From Candidatus Geocrenenecus huangii (GTDB taxonomy: Archaea; Thermoproteota; Nitrososphaeria_A; Caldarchaeales; Wolframiiraptoraceae), in assembly GCA_023254095.1 (NCBI GenBank), contig JALNLM010000003.1, positions 64,001 through 128,000 on the forward strand: DNA of 64,000 nucleotides. The letters are read 5' to 3'. The notes below the pieces were generated by a model, which saw only the letters and a program-made list of their open reading frames with translations, was not told where the DNA came from and made no database searches. The translations under genes were made by a program, and so were the position numbers. This document shows positions 29,325-39,046 of this stretch, in pieces (position 1 is the stretch's first letter; every line of letters starts with the position of its first letter).

Positions 29325-31466
29325 CTACTCGCTTGAAATTAGCTGTATCATCTGGAGAGGGTGTCTGCTCGGCAGAGTTGAGAGATGCTGGAATTGAAAA
29401 AGACACGCGCTACATTCTGTTACGATGAATTCTCCACCTAGTTTCTCGTACTCTCCTACTAGATATCTACCAATCTCTACACTGATATCATATCCATGCC
29501 CATCCTTCTTCATCCCCCACGTCCCAGCAAGACCACAGCACCCAATCCTCTTGAAGTAGACCTTCGCGCCTAGTGCTTCGAGAAACTCCTTTACAACTAT
29601 GCTCCCATCTCTAGTCTTAGAATGGCATGGTAGATGATACGTGACATATAACCCTTCTAGATTTTTTAATACTCTTGTAACTTCTCTCCAACCTATCATT
29701 TTTAAGAACTCGAAATATCCGTAGCTGTTCTCAGCTACTTTTCTAGATTTTTCACCATGTAAAAGTTTAGGATAATAGTTTGTTAAACATTCTTGCGCTG
29801 TAGGTTCTAAGGATACAACTTTATAGCCTTTGTCGATCAAATCGTATAGATTCTCTACGTTGTATTGAGCTATTTCTCTAGCTTCATCTAGGAATCCATA
29901 TTGGATGAGGGGCATCCCGCTACTCTTCAGGGAGGGTATTATGACTCTGTATCCTAGAGCTGACAAGATCTTAGCTGCTTTAATAGCCCAATCTGGATAT
30001 ACATAATATATTAATGCTTCTGTGAATAATGCTATGCTGCCTTTCTCGGCTGAACCTATCTCTGTGAAGATCTCTCCTAGATTCTTCTCGGCAAGCCTAG
30101 GTAGAGGTCTCCTAGAATCTATTCCTATAAACTTCTCTATTGATTTTCTGACAAAACTAGAGTTTAACAATTTACTTGATAAGCTCGGAGCCCTACTTGC
30201 TAAAGTAATCAATGATTCATATTTTTTCAAAGACTTGTTTATAGATGGGTAGCCGTACTTCTTACCGTACCTTTCTTTTACTATGGAGTTCAGGTAGGGA
30301 AGGTCTATGTCTAGCGGGCAGGCTTCTCTACATAGTCCACATGTATTGCACAATTGAGCAAAAACTGTCTTGTCTAAGCCGTGAGCTATCATCGTCCAAG
30401 CTATCCCCATCGGTCCACTGTATATATATCCGAAGACGTGGCCTCCGACAATATTGTAGGGTGGGCAGACCTGAAGGCATGAAGCGCATCTAATGCAGTA
30501 TAGTATTTCTTTAATTTCTTTATCTTGTCTAGCTTGAAGTCTACCATTATCTATCAGTATGTAGATTGTTTTGCGAGGTGCAGCTGCGTCGTCTCTAGGG
30601 TAAGTATTCATCATCGGGATATGGAATGATACGTATGAGCTTAATCTCTGTCCAGTAGCGTTTCTAGGCAAGATCTTCAAAATCTTCAATACGTCCGTAG
30701 TTGAGGATACAATCTTCTCTACACCTGCTATAACTACATGGATTGGAGCGAAGGCTAATGCCAGTCTATCGTTTCCTTCATTCGTCACTAGAACCGTGGC
30801 ACCGTTCTCTGCAATGATAAAGTTTGCTCCAGTAACAGCCATCCCAGCCTTCTGATACTTCTCTCTAAATTCTCTTCTTACCTCTAAGACTATTTGATGA
30901 GGATCTGGGGGAACTGTTCTACCATAGTATCTCGAGAATACTTCTGCTACTTCATTCCTAGTCATGTGGAAGGCGGGGCCAAGTATATGTGAAGGCCTCT
31001 GACCTGCAAGCTGGACTATTCTCTCCCCTAAGTCTGTCTCGATCACTTCTACACCTTCCGATTCTAGAAGCCTGTTTAACTCTATCTCCTCGGTTGTAAG
31101 AGATTTAGATTTTACTACAAGCTTAACATTGTGCTCTTTGCATAGTTTTAGAACCATTCTTGAAGCTTCTAACCCATCTTTAGCGATTTTTAGCTCAGCA
31201 CCTCTACTCTCTAAAGCTCTTCTCAGCTTTTCAATATTCTCTTCCAATTTCTCTACAGCCTCTTCTTTAATCTTTCTAGCTTCTCTTAGTATATCGTCGC
31301 TTATCTCATGTAATACTTTCTCCTTTCTCTCTCTAATCCTAAGATTATTTCTTAACATAGGCCAATTATCTTTGAAGATAGAGATCTTCACTAAAACATC
31401 CTCAGGCAATGCTCTTTTATCATTTTTCCCCATTTCCCGGATCTGTAAAGCAATCAAACTGCACAT
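29325..31466 (-). CDS. lutB: LutB/LldF-type LUD + 4Fe-4S protein fused to CCG domains
   Basis: KSKSLTTEEI, ETDLGE, NEGN, CIRCASCLQVCP, CNTCGLCREACP, HLPCH and CCGLAG motifs; likely start ATG 31433. Confidence 0.85.
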   Translation of the reverse strand: MCSLIALQIREMGKNDKRALPEDVLVKISIFKDNWPMLRNNLRIRERKEKVLHEISDDILREARKIKEEAVEKLEENIEKLRRALESRGAELKIAKDGLEASRMVLKLCKEHNVKLVVKSKSLTTEEIELNRLLESEGVEVIETDLGERIVQLAGQRPSHILGPAFHMTRNEVAEVFSRYYGRTVPPDPHQIVLEVRREFREKYQKAGMAVTGANFIIAENGATVLVTNEGNDRLALAFAPIHVVIAGVEKIVSSTTDVLKILKILPRNATGQRLSSYVSFHIPMMNTYPRDDAAAPRKTIYILIDNGRLQARQDKEIKEILYCIRCASCLQVCPPYNIVGGHVFGYIYSGPMGIAWTMIAHGLDKTVFAQLCNTCGLCREACPLDIDLPYLNSIVKERYGKKYGYPSINKSLKKYESLITLASRAPSLSSKLLNSSFVRKSIEKFIGIDSRRPLPRLAEKNLGEIFTEIGSAEKGSIALFTEALIYYVYPDWAIKAAKILSALGYRVIIPSLKSSGMPLIQYGFLDEAREIAQYNVENLYDLIDKGYKVVSLEPTAQECLTNYYPKLLHGEKSRKVAENSYGYFEFLKMIGWREVTRVLKNLEGLYVTYHLPCHSKTRDGSIVVKEFLEALGAKVYFKRIGCCGLAGTWGMKKDGHGYDISVEIGRYLVGEYEKLGGEFIVTECSACLFQFQHLSTLPSRHPLQMIQLISSE

Positions 31467-31714
31467 ATATAAATTATCCTGATATGTCGCAAATCTTACT
31501 CAAACAGTATTAATTAAATACAAGACAAGATTCTAAGATGTTTGAAGGCATTCTTGATGATTTGGAACACATAATTTCTTAGAGTTTACGATTATTTATT
31601 AACTTCTCGAGACATCAAATTACAGATCTGCTCAATTTCCACCATTATCAATACGTAAGAAGGAGGCAGTAATGTTCCGGGAATATTTATATAATAGATA
31701 AAAGATAGTAGTTC

Positions 31715-33337
31715 ATGAAATACTACAATAAATTCTTCTCAGCGTTGATAGTATTGATATTGGGAGTATTAGTCTTGGAAAATGCTATAGCTGCTTTTCC
31801 CACTCCTTCACAATCTGATATATCAAGTTTAACGGAGGGGTGGGTGAAAGTTGTCTCAGGAGGTTTTAACGATACAAATAATGTGGGTATAACCAATTTC
31901 GTCGATTTTAAAGGATACCGATACATAGGTGTAATTAACTCTGAAAAAGGTGGAGAAATATGGAGGACTCAGGATGGTGATAACTGGGAGAAGATAGGCC
32001 CTGACGGATTAGGAAACCCGAATAATCACGAAATAACATTGTTCGTTTTTAGAGATAAGCTCTATGCTGGTACAAATAATAATGAAGACGGAGCAGAAAT
32101 ATGGTTTTCCCATGATGGAATAAACTTTAAAAAATTAGTTTCAGGCGGACTAGGTGATAAAGATAATGTCGGCGTGGGGTTACCGATAATATTCAATGAT
32201 AAGTTACTAGTCCCTGTACAGAATGGAAATCTTAGATCTCTAAGAGATGGGGCTGAGATCTGGGCATCTGAAGATGGCGAGCATTTCCGAAGGAATGTGA
32301 AAGATGGGTTGGGGGATAGATCGAACTTCTTAATATACTTCTTCCCTCAGGTCTTTAAAGACCACAAATTCATCGGGTTCGAGGCCACAACCTTTAATGA
32401 ACACGTATTTCTAGGAACTTATAATCCGAATGGTGCGGAGATCTGGAGAAGCAAGGATGGTGTAAACTGGGAAAGAATTATTGATAACGGATTTAACGAT
32501 ACAGGCAACATTGCTATCGCTAATATGCGAATATTCAGAGACCAATTATATGTCGTTACTTTTAACCTGAAAGGGCTAAATGTATTTAGGACATATGATG
32601 GCAAGAACTGGGAGAAAGTAGTGGAGAATGGTTTTAGGGCTGGAGAATATAAAAACATGTTCGGGGTCTTGACGGAGATCAACGGGGCACTTTATCTAAG
32701 TACTTTTAGTACACCAACAGTTGGAGCTTTCCAGATATGGAGATCTAACGATGGCAAGAATTGGACGCAATTAGGCTTGACAGGATTCGGTAATAAGAAT
32801 AACCATGGAGCTGGTATATCTTTACTATCGGATGGCTGTCTTTACGTCTCGACAACAAATACAGTAGATGGGCTCGAAGTATGGAAGTCTAGAGATAGTT
32901 TAAACTGGGAGATAATATTTAAAGAAGAGATTACTAGCAAGACTCACATAGGTGGAGGAATAGTTGAGTTCAACAATCATCTCTACATGTATATCTATGA
33001 CTCTGAGAATGGTATAGAGATTTGGAAATATACGTCTCCACTGCGACCTATCACTGTAATTCAGACTTCCACTCAGACAAGCATCTATACTATACCTACT
33101 ACAAAGACTACAACTTCTAAGCTACCTACGACTCAAATAACCACAGCGGAGAAATTAACGGCTGCTGAGTCCACATCGGTGATCTCCACTCAAACTGTGA
33201 CTATATCTGAGACTGGTTGGGGAGCTCAAGAATACGCAATTATTGGCATCATCGCCGTTGTTGCCATTGTTGCAGTCTTCTTTATCCTCAAGATCACAAT
33301 CTGGTCTCGTCCATTGCCTCCTCCACCACCTCCATAA
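31715..33337 (+). CDS. Cell-surface beta-propeller protein (8 Asp-box-like blades), Thr-rich stalk, C-terminal TM and poly-Pro tail
   Basis: Eight repeats of W..V..G.G...N...F...LY....G.EIW(R)S.DG; signal peptide; ends RPLPPPPPP. Confidence 0.8.
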   Translation: MKYYNKFFSALIVLILGVLVLENAIAAFPTPSQSDISSLTEGWVKVVSGGFNDTNNVGITNFVDFKGYRYIGVINSEKGGEIWRTQDGDNWEKIGPDGLGNPNNHEITLFVFRDKLYAGTNNNEDGAEIWFSHDGINFKKLVSGGLGDKDNVGVGLPIIFNDKLLVPVQNGNLRSLRDGAEIWASEDGEHFRRNVKDGLGDRSNFLIYFFPQVFKDHKFIGFEATTFNEHVFLGTYNPNGAEIWRSKDGVNWERIIDNGFNDTGNIAIANMRIFRDQLYVVTFNLKGLNVFRTYDGKNWEKVVENGFRAGEYKNMFGVLTEINGALYLSTFSTPTVGAFQIWRSNDGKNWTQLGLTGFGNKNNHGAGISLLSDGCLYVSTTNTVDGLEVWKSRDSLNWEIIFKEEITSKTHIGGGIVEFNNHLYMYIYDSENGIEIWKYTSPLRPITVIQTSTQTSIYTIPTTKTTTSKLPTTQITTAEKLTAAESTSVISTQTVTISETGWGAQEYAIIGIIAVVAIVAVFFILKITIWSRPLPPPPPP

Positions 33338-33454
33338 TTGCAATTAACAATCTTTAGGATTAATCCTCACATAGAAAAAACAGGTAACACTCGATTAAGA
33401 GGAATACATATTGTTCATCTCTTTACTAGAATGAGAATTTATGTTGGATTATTT

Positions 33455-34003
33455 TTAATGGATGTCCAAGACAGATACGTAGAATCTCCTGGGACCGTGA
33501 ACGCCTTTGACTATCTCTCCTTCAATGTCTGCAGTACTGCTCGGACCTGTAACGAGATAGATGGATACACCATTTCTAAGAAAGTCATTAAATGATCTTT
33601 CTACGTCATCGAGATCGTATACAATCCTATCTGCAGATATTATTGAGATATGGGTTTCTGGAAAGTATATTGATGCTTCTTCTATTCCTGAAGAAGCCGT
33701 GTAGATGACTGTGCCTGTACTTGCTATACCCAGTTCAGGGAAACCTATAGATAACTCGACATCAGTTATCGGGGTAGTAGAATCAGCTCTTACGATCCTT
33801 ATGCTCACACCTTCTCCTTCTAATCTTTCAATAAGCTCTTTCCTGTAATCGGTCTCGGAGCCGACTATGAGTATCTCCTTTTCCACGTTCTTAACTAGAT
33901 TATATATAGTCTGAAACAAGTCTTGCATACTATGACACACATATGCTTTTGCTCCAAGATCTTCTAGCCTACTGATGAAGAGCTTTAAGGTATCTGGCTG
34001 CAT
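33455..34003 (-). CDS. lutC: LutC/LldG (LUD domain) protein
   Basis: IASTGT, PETH and TGPSSTADIE...GVHGP motifs. Confidence 0.88.
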   Translation of the reverse strand: MQPDTLKLFISRLEDLGAKAYVCHSMQDLFQTIYNLVKNVEKEILIVGSETDYRKELIERLEGEGVSIRIVRADSTTPITDVELSIGFPELGIASTGTVIYTASSGIEEASIYFPETHISIISADRIVYDLDDVERSFNDFLRNGVSIYLVTGPSSTADIEGEIVKGVHGPRRFYVSVLDIH

Positions 34004-34252
34004 ATCTTAACCAACTCTCTCGACTAGCTACATCTCATAATCTCTCCTTGGTATGCAATAAACTTACCTTCTTAACAGGAGATATATCCAGGCAAGCTAG
34101 AGCTTTACGTGGAATACGGTCTAGTATTCGATGAAGGCCGAGTTCTACGAGGACAAGGTAATAGGTGGATAATGTCTAGGTTCTAAGCGTGAAGCTAATG
34201 TTTTTTGGAATACTTAAATAGTTTAATAATGTATGTGTTGAATGCGTGAGCT

Positions 34253-34651
34253 TTGAGCTATAGTGAAGTTTCTCTACTCAGAGATAGAGCGTTAAGAATG
34301 CTTAGATCAGGAAAGAGAAGTCTACTTGAAGGAGACTATGATGTTGCCGCCTTCATGGCTGATCAATCTGTTCAACTATACCTGAAGTCAGTAATATTCG
34401 AGTTAACTGGTGAGGTGCCTCGAGTTCATGCTGTTAGGCAGCTGATGAACATCCTAAAGGACCTTATGGGAAATCCAAATATTTTTGATGAGTTCGTTCG
34501 AGAAAACAGAAGTTTGCTTATAAGGCTTGAAGAAGCTTATATAAGTTCACGCTATATGCCGAGAAACTATGATAGAGAAGAAGCTGAAGAGCTCTTGAAT
34601 TTTGCTGAGAAGGTGATAGAGTTTGTTGAGTCTACTAAAGGCCAAGCTTAG
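34253..34651 (+). CDS. HEPN-domain protein (HEPN-MNT toxin-antitoxin module)
   Basis: YDVAAF.A.Q.VQL.LK, PRVH and YISSRY motifs of COG2250-type HEPN. Confidence 0.88.
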   Translation: MSYSEVSLLRDRALRMLRSGKRSLLEGDYDVAAFMADQSVQLYLKSVIFELTGEVPRVHAVRQLMNILKDLMGNPNIFDEFVRENRSLLIRLEEAYISSRYMPRNYDREEAEELLNFAEKVIEFVESTKGQA

Positions 34652-35015
34652 GATTAGTCAGATTACCCGCCAGTGGCGTTCTTGGTCTGAGGCTATAGCT
34701 AAAGCCGCCTACGAGGTTTTAGGTTCATGTAATCTTTACGTCTTTGGGAGTGTTGTTAAGGAGCGTGTAACAGGTGGAAGCGATGTAGATGTGCTGATAG
34801 TTGCTGATAATCTACCTGGAGATTTTAGAGTGAGAGGAGAATTGATAGCTAAGATAGAGGAGGAGGCTAACCTACCACTATATCACTCCTTCCAAATACA
34901 CTTGGCCACTTGGGAAGAAGTTGAGGTTAACCCCATATATAGAGAGGCGGTGAGTAAGGGGATTCCCATATTCGTTGGCACATTGAGGGGACGAGGCGAA
35001 TTTAAGAGAAGCTAG
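34623..35015 (+). CDS. Minimal nucleotidyltransferase (MNT), HEPN partner
   Basis: FGS......SDVDVL motif; overlaps the HEPN gene by 29 nt. Confidence 0.88.
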   Translation: MLSLLKAKLRISQITRQWRSWSEAIAKAAYEVLGSCNLYVFGSVVKERVTGGSDVDVLIVADNLPGDFRVRGELIAKIEEEANLPLYHSFQIHLATWEEVEVNPIYREAVSKGIPIFVGTLRGRGEFKRS

Positions 35016-35159
35016 CTTGCATGCAGTAGAGATTCTAAAAACTAAACTTATTCCTAACTTGTTAATGCTCTACAATTATACTGTAAATTCATGAAGATGC
35101 AAGAACACTTATTCAAGCATCATCCAGCAAAAAAGTTATCTATTATTAATTCATAGGTA

Positions 35160-36497
35160 TTGAATATGTCTGAGGATATTATCGACTTATCGAGAAGACA
35201 TGTATTCGGAACATGGAGGATTCAGAAAACCTGGAAGCCTGTAAATATCGTCTCTGCTGAAGGATGCTACTTTACAGATTCGAATGGAAGAAGATATCTG
35301 GATTTCTCTTCACAACTGATATGCATAAACATAGGTCACGGAAACAAGAATATAATCGATGCGATTTATCAATACATGAAGAGGCTCCAGTATCTCAGCC
35401 CAGCGTTTACATGCGATGTTAGAGCAGAGCTCAGCAGGATGCTTCTCGAGATCATGCCTAATAATATTGTTAAATTCTTCTATTCTACTTCTGGCACTGA
35501 GGCCGTAGAGGCTGCATTAAAGATCGCGAGGATGTACACTAGGAAGCATAAAGTAATCTCACGCTACAAAAGCTATCATGGAGCCACTGCAGCTTCGATA
35601 TCTATAACTGGTGAGTGGCGTAGAATACCCGTCGAAGGATATCATACTGTTCCAGGAACACAGTTTGCACCAGAATGCTATTGTTATAGATGCCCATTCA
35701 AGTTAAACTATCCAAGTTGCGGCATAACATGCGCCGAATACATAGACTATATGCTACAGCATGAAGATGATGTAGCCGCAGTAATAGTTGAACCAGTGGT
35801 TGGCACGAACGGCGTACTTGTACCTCCACCCGAGTACCTGCCTCGTCTAAGAGAGATAACTAGAGAGTATAATGTACTGTTGATAGCTGACGAGGTTATG
35901 TCTGGGTGGCTCAGGACAGGTGAATGGTTTGCTGTTCAACACTGGAGAGTTGAGCCAGACATTATAACGACGGCTAAAGGTGTTACTTCAGGTTATCTAC
36001 CTCTAGGGGTTACAGGCGTATCTAAAGAAATATCAGACTATTTTGAAGAACATCTATTCGCTCATGGACATACATATGAAGCACATCCGGTAACACTTGC
36101 TGCAGGTATAGCTACCATAAACGAATACCATAAACTGGGAATTAAGGAGAACGTTAAGAAGGTTGGAGAATACTTAGGTAGGAGGCTGAGGGAACTTGAA
36201 GAAAAGCATCCAAGTATAGGTGAGGTAAGAGGGCTTGGATTATTCTGGGCGGTAGACCTTACAAAAGATAGAAAAACTAGAAAACCGATGAATAATCCTA
36301 AAGACAAACTGTACGGTAAGCCTATCATCGTTGAGAAAGTAGCTTCAAAGGCATTTGAGCAAGGAGTATTTGTCATCGGCTGGATAAATAATATACTAGT
36401 TGCTCCACCTCTAATAGCTGTGAGGGAAGATATAGACAAGGGTGTAGAAGCATTAGATGAGGCATTAAAGATAGCTGACCAGGAGGCAACTCCGTGA
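35160..36497 (+). CDS. Class-III PLP-dependent aminotransferase
   Basis: SGTEAVE, SYHG, DEVMSG, TTAKG and HGHTY motifs. Confidence 0.92.
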   Translation: MNMSEDIIDLSRRHVFGTWRIQKTWKPVNIVSAEGCYFTDSNGRRYLDFSSQLICINIGHGNKNIIDAIYQYMKRLQYLSPAFTCDVRAELSRMLLEIMPNNIVKFFYSTSGTEAVEAALKIARMYTRKHKVISRYKSYHGATAASISITGEWRRIPVEGYHTVPGTQFAPECYCYRCPFKLNYPSCGITCAEYIDYMLQHEDDVAAVIVEPVVGTNGVLVPPPEYLPRLREITREYNVLLIADEVMSGWLRTGEWFAVQHWRVEPDIITTAKGVTSGYLPLGVTGVSKEISDYFEEHLFAHGHTYEAHPVTLAAGIATINEYHKLGIKENVKKVGEYLGRRLRELEEKHPSIGEVRGLGLFWAVDLTKDRKTRKPMNNPKDKLYGKPIIVEKVASKAFEQGVFVIGWINNILVAPPLIAVREDIDKGVEALDEALKIADQEATP

Positions 36498-36727
36498 AAA
36501 ACAGGTCAAGAGCGTTATAATCACTGTTGGGAGAAGTCGTAAATTCGAGAACCTGCCTACCTAGTTGAGCTATAGCTAGTACTTGTTAGTTGGAAATCTA
36601 CGTGAAGGGAGACCACCATATTGTCATATCCTCATTATTATCTTTTTAGGAGCTTACAGAGTTCTCCGAAGATAAAATACGTTGTCTTGTTAGAAGGCCG
36701 TAGCGATGGTCGAGTCCTCTTTTTTGT

Positions 36728-36997
36728 CTACCCTCCTAGAGTAGTCTTAACGTATGTTTTTACACAATACCTGTTCTCAAGTAGATGGACGATTAGTACA
36801 ATCGTTAAGAAGATGGATATCTGCATGTGGAGGTCTCTCCAATCATCTTTCCTTAGACTAAGGAACTCTAATCTACCAGATTGCGGTCCTCTAGGCCATA
36901 CATATAGAATCAACCCAGTTATAAGAACTGCTATCCCTAAGATAACCATAACATAGAAGAGTGCCGCTCTAAAGGTTATTCTCGGACTCATATACAT
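36728..36997 (-). CDS. DUF4405-like small membrane protein
   Basis: ITGLILY...W..LH...VHL..N; two TM segments, the second carrying two His. Confidence 0.7.
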   Translation of the reverse strand: MYMSPRITFRAALFYVMVILGIAVLITGLILYVWPRGPQSGRLEFLSLRKDDWRDLHMQISIFLTIVLIVHLLENRYCVKTYVKTTLGG

Positions 36998-37039
36998 ATT
37001 AACAAGGAGGGTTAATTTAGGTTTTAGGTACAGATTGTG

Positions 37040-38263
37040 TTAAGTTGTTTCTCTATACAGTCTTGAGAGGATTATAGGTGTTATGAATGATGTCAGGATC
37101 ACCATTCCGACAGCCTGAATATAAATAGTTTGGCTTATTAAACCTCTGCTAAGTCCTAGACTTGCTATCACTAGCCCGAGTTCACCTCTAGGAACCATTC
37201 CAACCCCTACTCTTACAGCCTTAATCCAGTTTCTAAGTTTCGGTAACGAGGTTAGAGCTGAGCCTAGAAACTTTGTAGCGAATGCTATTCCAGTAAGAAT
37301 TAGTAGACCGAGCATGACGTTTTCACTAAACAAGGTTACATCCATTCTCGCGCCCACAAATGTAAAGAATAGGGGGCTGAAAACCTGGTTTAGATGTTTA
37401 ATAAAATCCTTAACTCTTACTAACGCTTTCGATTCCGCGACAGATAAACCTGCAGCATACGAGCCTATGATGGGTGAAAGCCCTAGGCCGGCAGCTATCG
37501 CCGACATTATGAATGCTGAGCCTATAGCAGCTGCTTCGACAGCTCCCTCAGCTTTAATCAATAATGCACGCTCAATAAATCTAGGGATCACGTAGACTCC
37601 TACTATGAGCATCAGGAACCAGGTGATGAAGAATATTGAGGTAGTCCTCAATGCGCTCATTAAATCTAGTCTTCCCTGAGGCGCTGATAATGCTGAGGAA
37701 ACTACTGCAAGTATTGATACACCTATAACATCGTCAACCACCGCAGCGTTCAATAGTAATATGCTTTCATCAGTGCCTAGTGCTCCAAAGTCTTCCATTA
37801 CTCTAACTGTTATAGCGAGGCTTGTTGCAACCATTATTGCTCCGGTCATCAGAGCAGAGCCCTCTGGGTAGCCTAGCCATGAGTAGAAATAGTATCCCCC
37901 AATGAAGGGTAGAAGTGCTCCGCCGGATGCTACTATGAAAGCCCATATTCCGGCTCTCCTCAAGCTAGTAGCACCCATCTCCAATCCGGCGGAGAATAGA
38001 ATCATTATAGCTCCTATCTCTGCAAATGCTTCAACGAACTCGTTAAGGACTACTAGTGGCTCCCCGAAGATAACTATTGCTGTGCCAAGCATTGAGGGGC
38101 CGAGAATTATCCCAGCCAAAAGTTCGCCTATAATTGAGGGGAGCTTAAAGCTGGAGAATACTCCTCCCAACACCTTCGCGAAAAACACCAAGACGCTTAT
38201 GGTTACTATCGCTCTCATTATAGGATCCATACTGCTTACAGACATCATTATTAATCTCCCCAA
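37040..38263 (-). CDS. CPA2 family cation:proton antiporter (NapA/KefB-like)
   Basis: GELLAGIILGP, ATS, VDDV, PLFF and PRGE motifs. Confidence 0.92.
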   Translation of the reverse strand: MGRLIMMSVSSMDPIMRAIVTISVLVFFAKVLGGVFSSFKLPSIIGELLAGIILGPSMLGTAIVIFGEPLVVLNEFVEAFAEIGAIMILFSAGLEMGATSLRRAGIWAFIVASGGALLPFIGGYYFYSWLGYPEGSALMTGAIMVATSLAITVRVMEDFGALGTDESILLLNAAVVDDVIGVSILAVVSSALSAPQGRLDLMSALRTTSIFFITWFLMLIVGVYVIPRFIERALLIKAEGAVEAAAIGSAFIMSAIAAGLGLSPIIGSYAAGLSVAESKALVRVKDFIKHLNQVFSPLFFTFVGARMDVTLFSENVMLGLLILTGIAFATKFLGSALTSLPKLRNWIKAVRVGVGMVPRGELGLVIASLGLSRGLISQTIYIQAVGMVILTSFITPIILSRLYRETT

Positions 38264-38388
38264 AATCTCATTTAAAGCTATTCATAAATATAGCTTACAA
38301 ATACCTATCGATCCACAGTAACCTCATGCATTGAAAATTAAAATACGTGCCAGAGTCTGAGATGGTTTGGAGGTTAAGAATGTAGACC

Positions 38389-39018
38389 ATGGTTGAAGTA
38401 GATGCTGTAGTCTTCGATGTAGATGGTACAATGTACAGGTCTAGGAGGTATGAGGCCCATCTGAGGGAGAGTATTCACAGAGTATTAGGAGAACTCTTAG
38501 GGATAGACTATCTTAGAGCGGCTGAGAAGCTTAAAGCAGTTAAGAAGAAGACTAAGACAGTCAGTTTAAGTGTTGAGATGATGGGGGTTGATAGAAGAAG
38601 GTTTTACGATCTTCTCGCTGAGAGAATCGACCCCTCAAAATACATTAAACCTAGACCTGAAGTTAAGAAACTTCTACAAGAGCTTAAGAAGGCTGGAATC
38701 AAGATTGGATGCCACACTAATTCTGGGAGAAGCCTATTCTTAAAAGTGTCAGAAGCGTTAGGCATCCATGCATCCGACTTTGATGTAGTTGTGACGAGTG
38801 ATGATGCCCCTCCTAAACCACTTAAGGATGGATACATACTCTTATCAAAACTTCTAGGGACTCCTTTCAACAGAATACTGTATGTAGGAGATAGATGGGA
38901 AGTTGAAGTAAAGCCAGCTAAAGAGCTCGGCATGATTACTGTGCTCGTCCATTCTAGAAACGGTGAACCAGACTTCTATCTTAGCGATATAACAGAATTA
39001 TTCAAGATTATCAAGTAA
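38389..39018 (+). CDS. HAD-superfamily hydrolase
   Basis: FDVDGT, TNS, KP and VGD motifs. Confidence 0.9.
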   Translation: MVEVDAVVFDVDGTMYRSRRYEAHLRESIHRVLGELLGIDYLRAAEKLKAVKKKTKTVSLSVEMMGVDRRRFYDLLAERIDPSKYIKPRPEVKKLLQELKKAGIKIGCHTNSGRSLFLKVSEALGIHASDFDVVVTSDDAPPKPLKDGYILLSKLLGTPFNRILYVGDRWEVEVKPAKELGMITVLVHSRNGEPDFYLSDITELFKIIK

Positions 39019-39046
39019 TGTCTAACCTGCACTATGCAAATATGTT

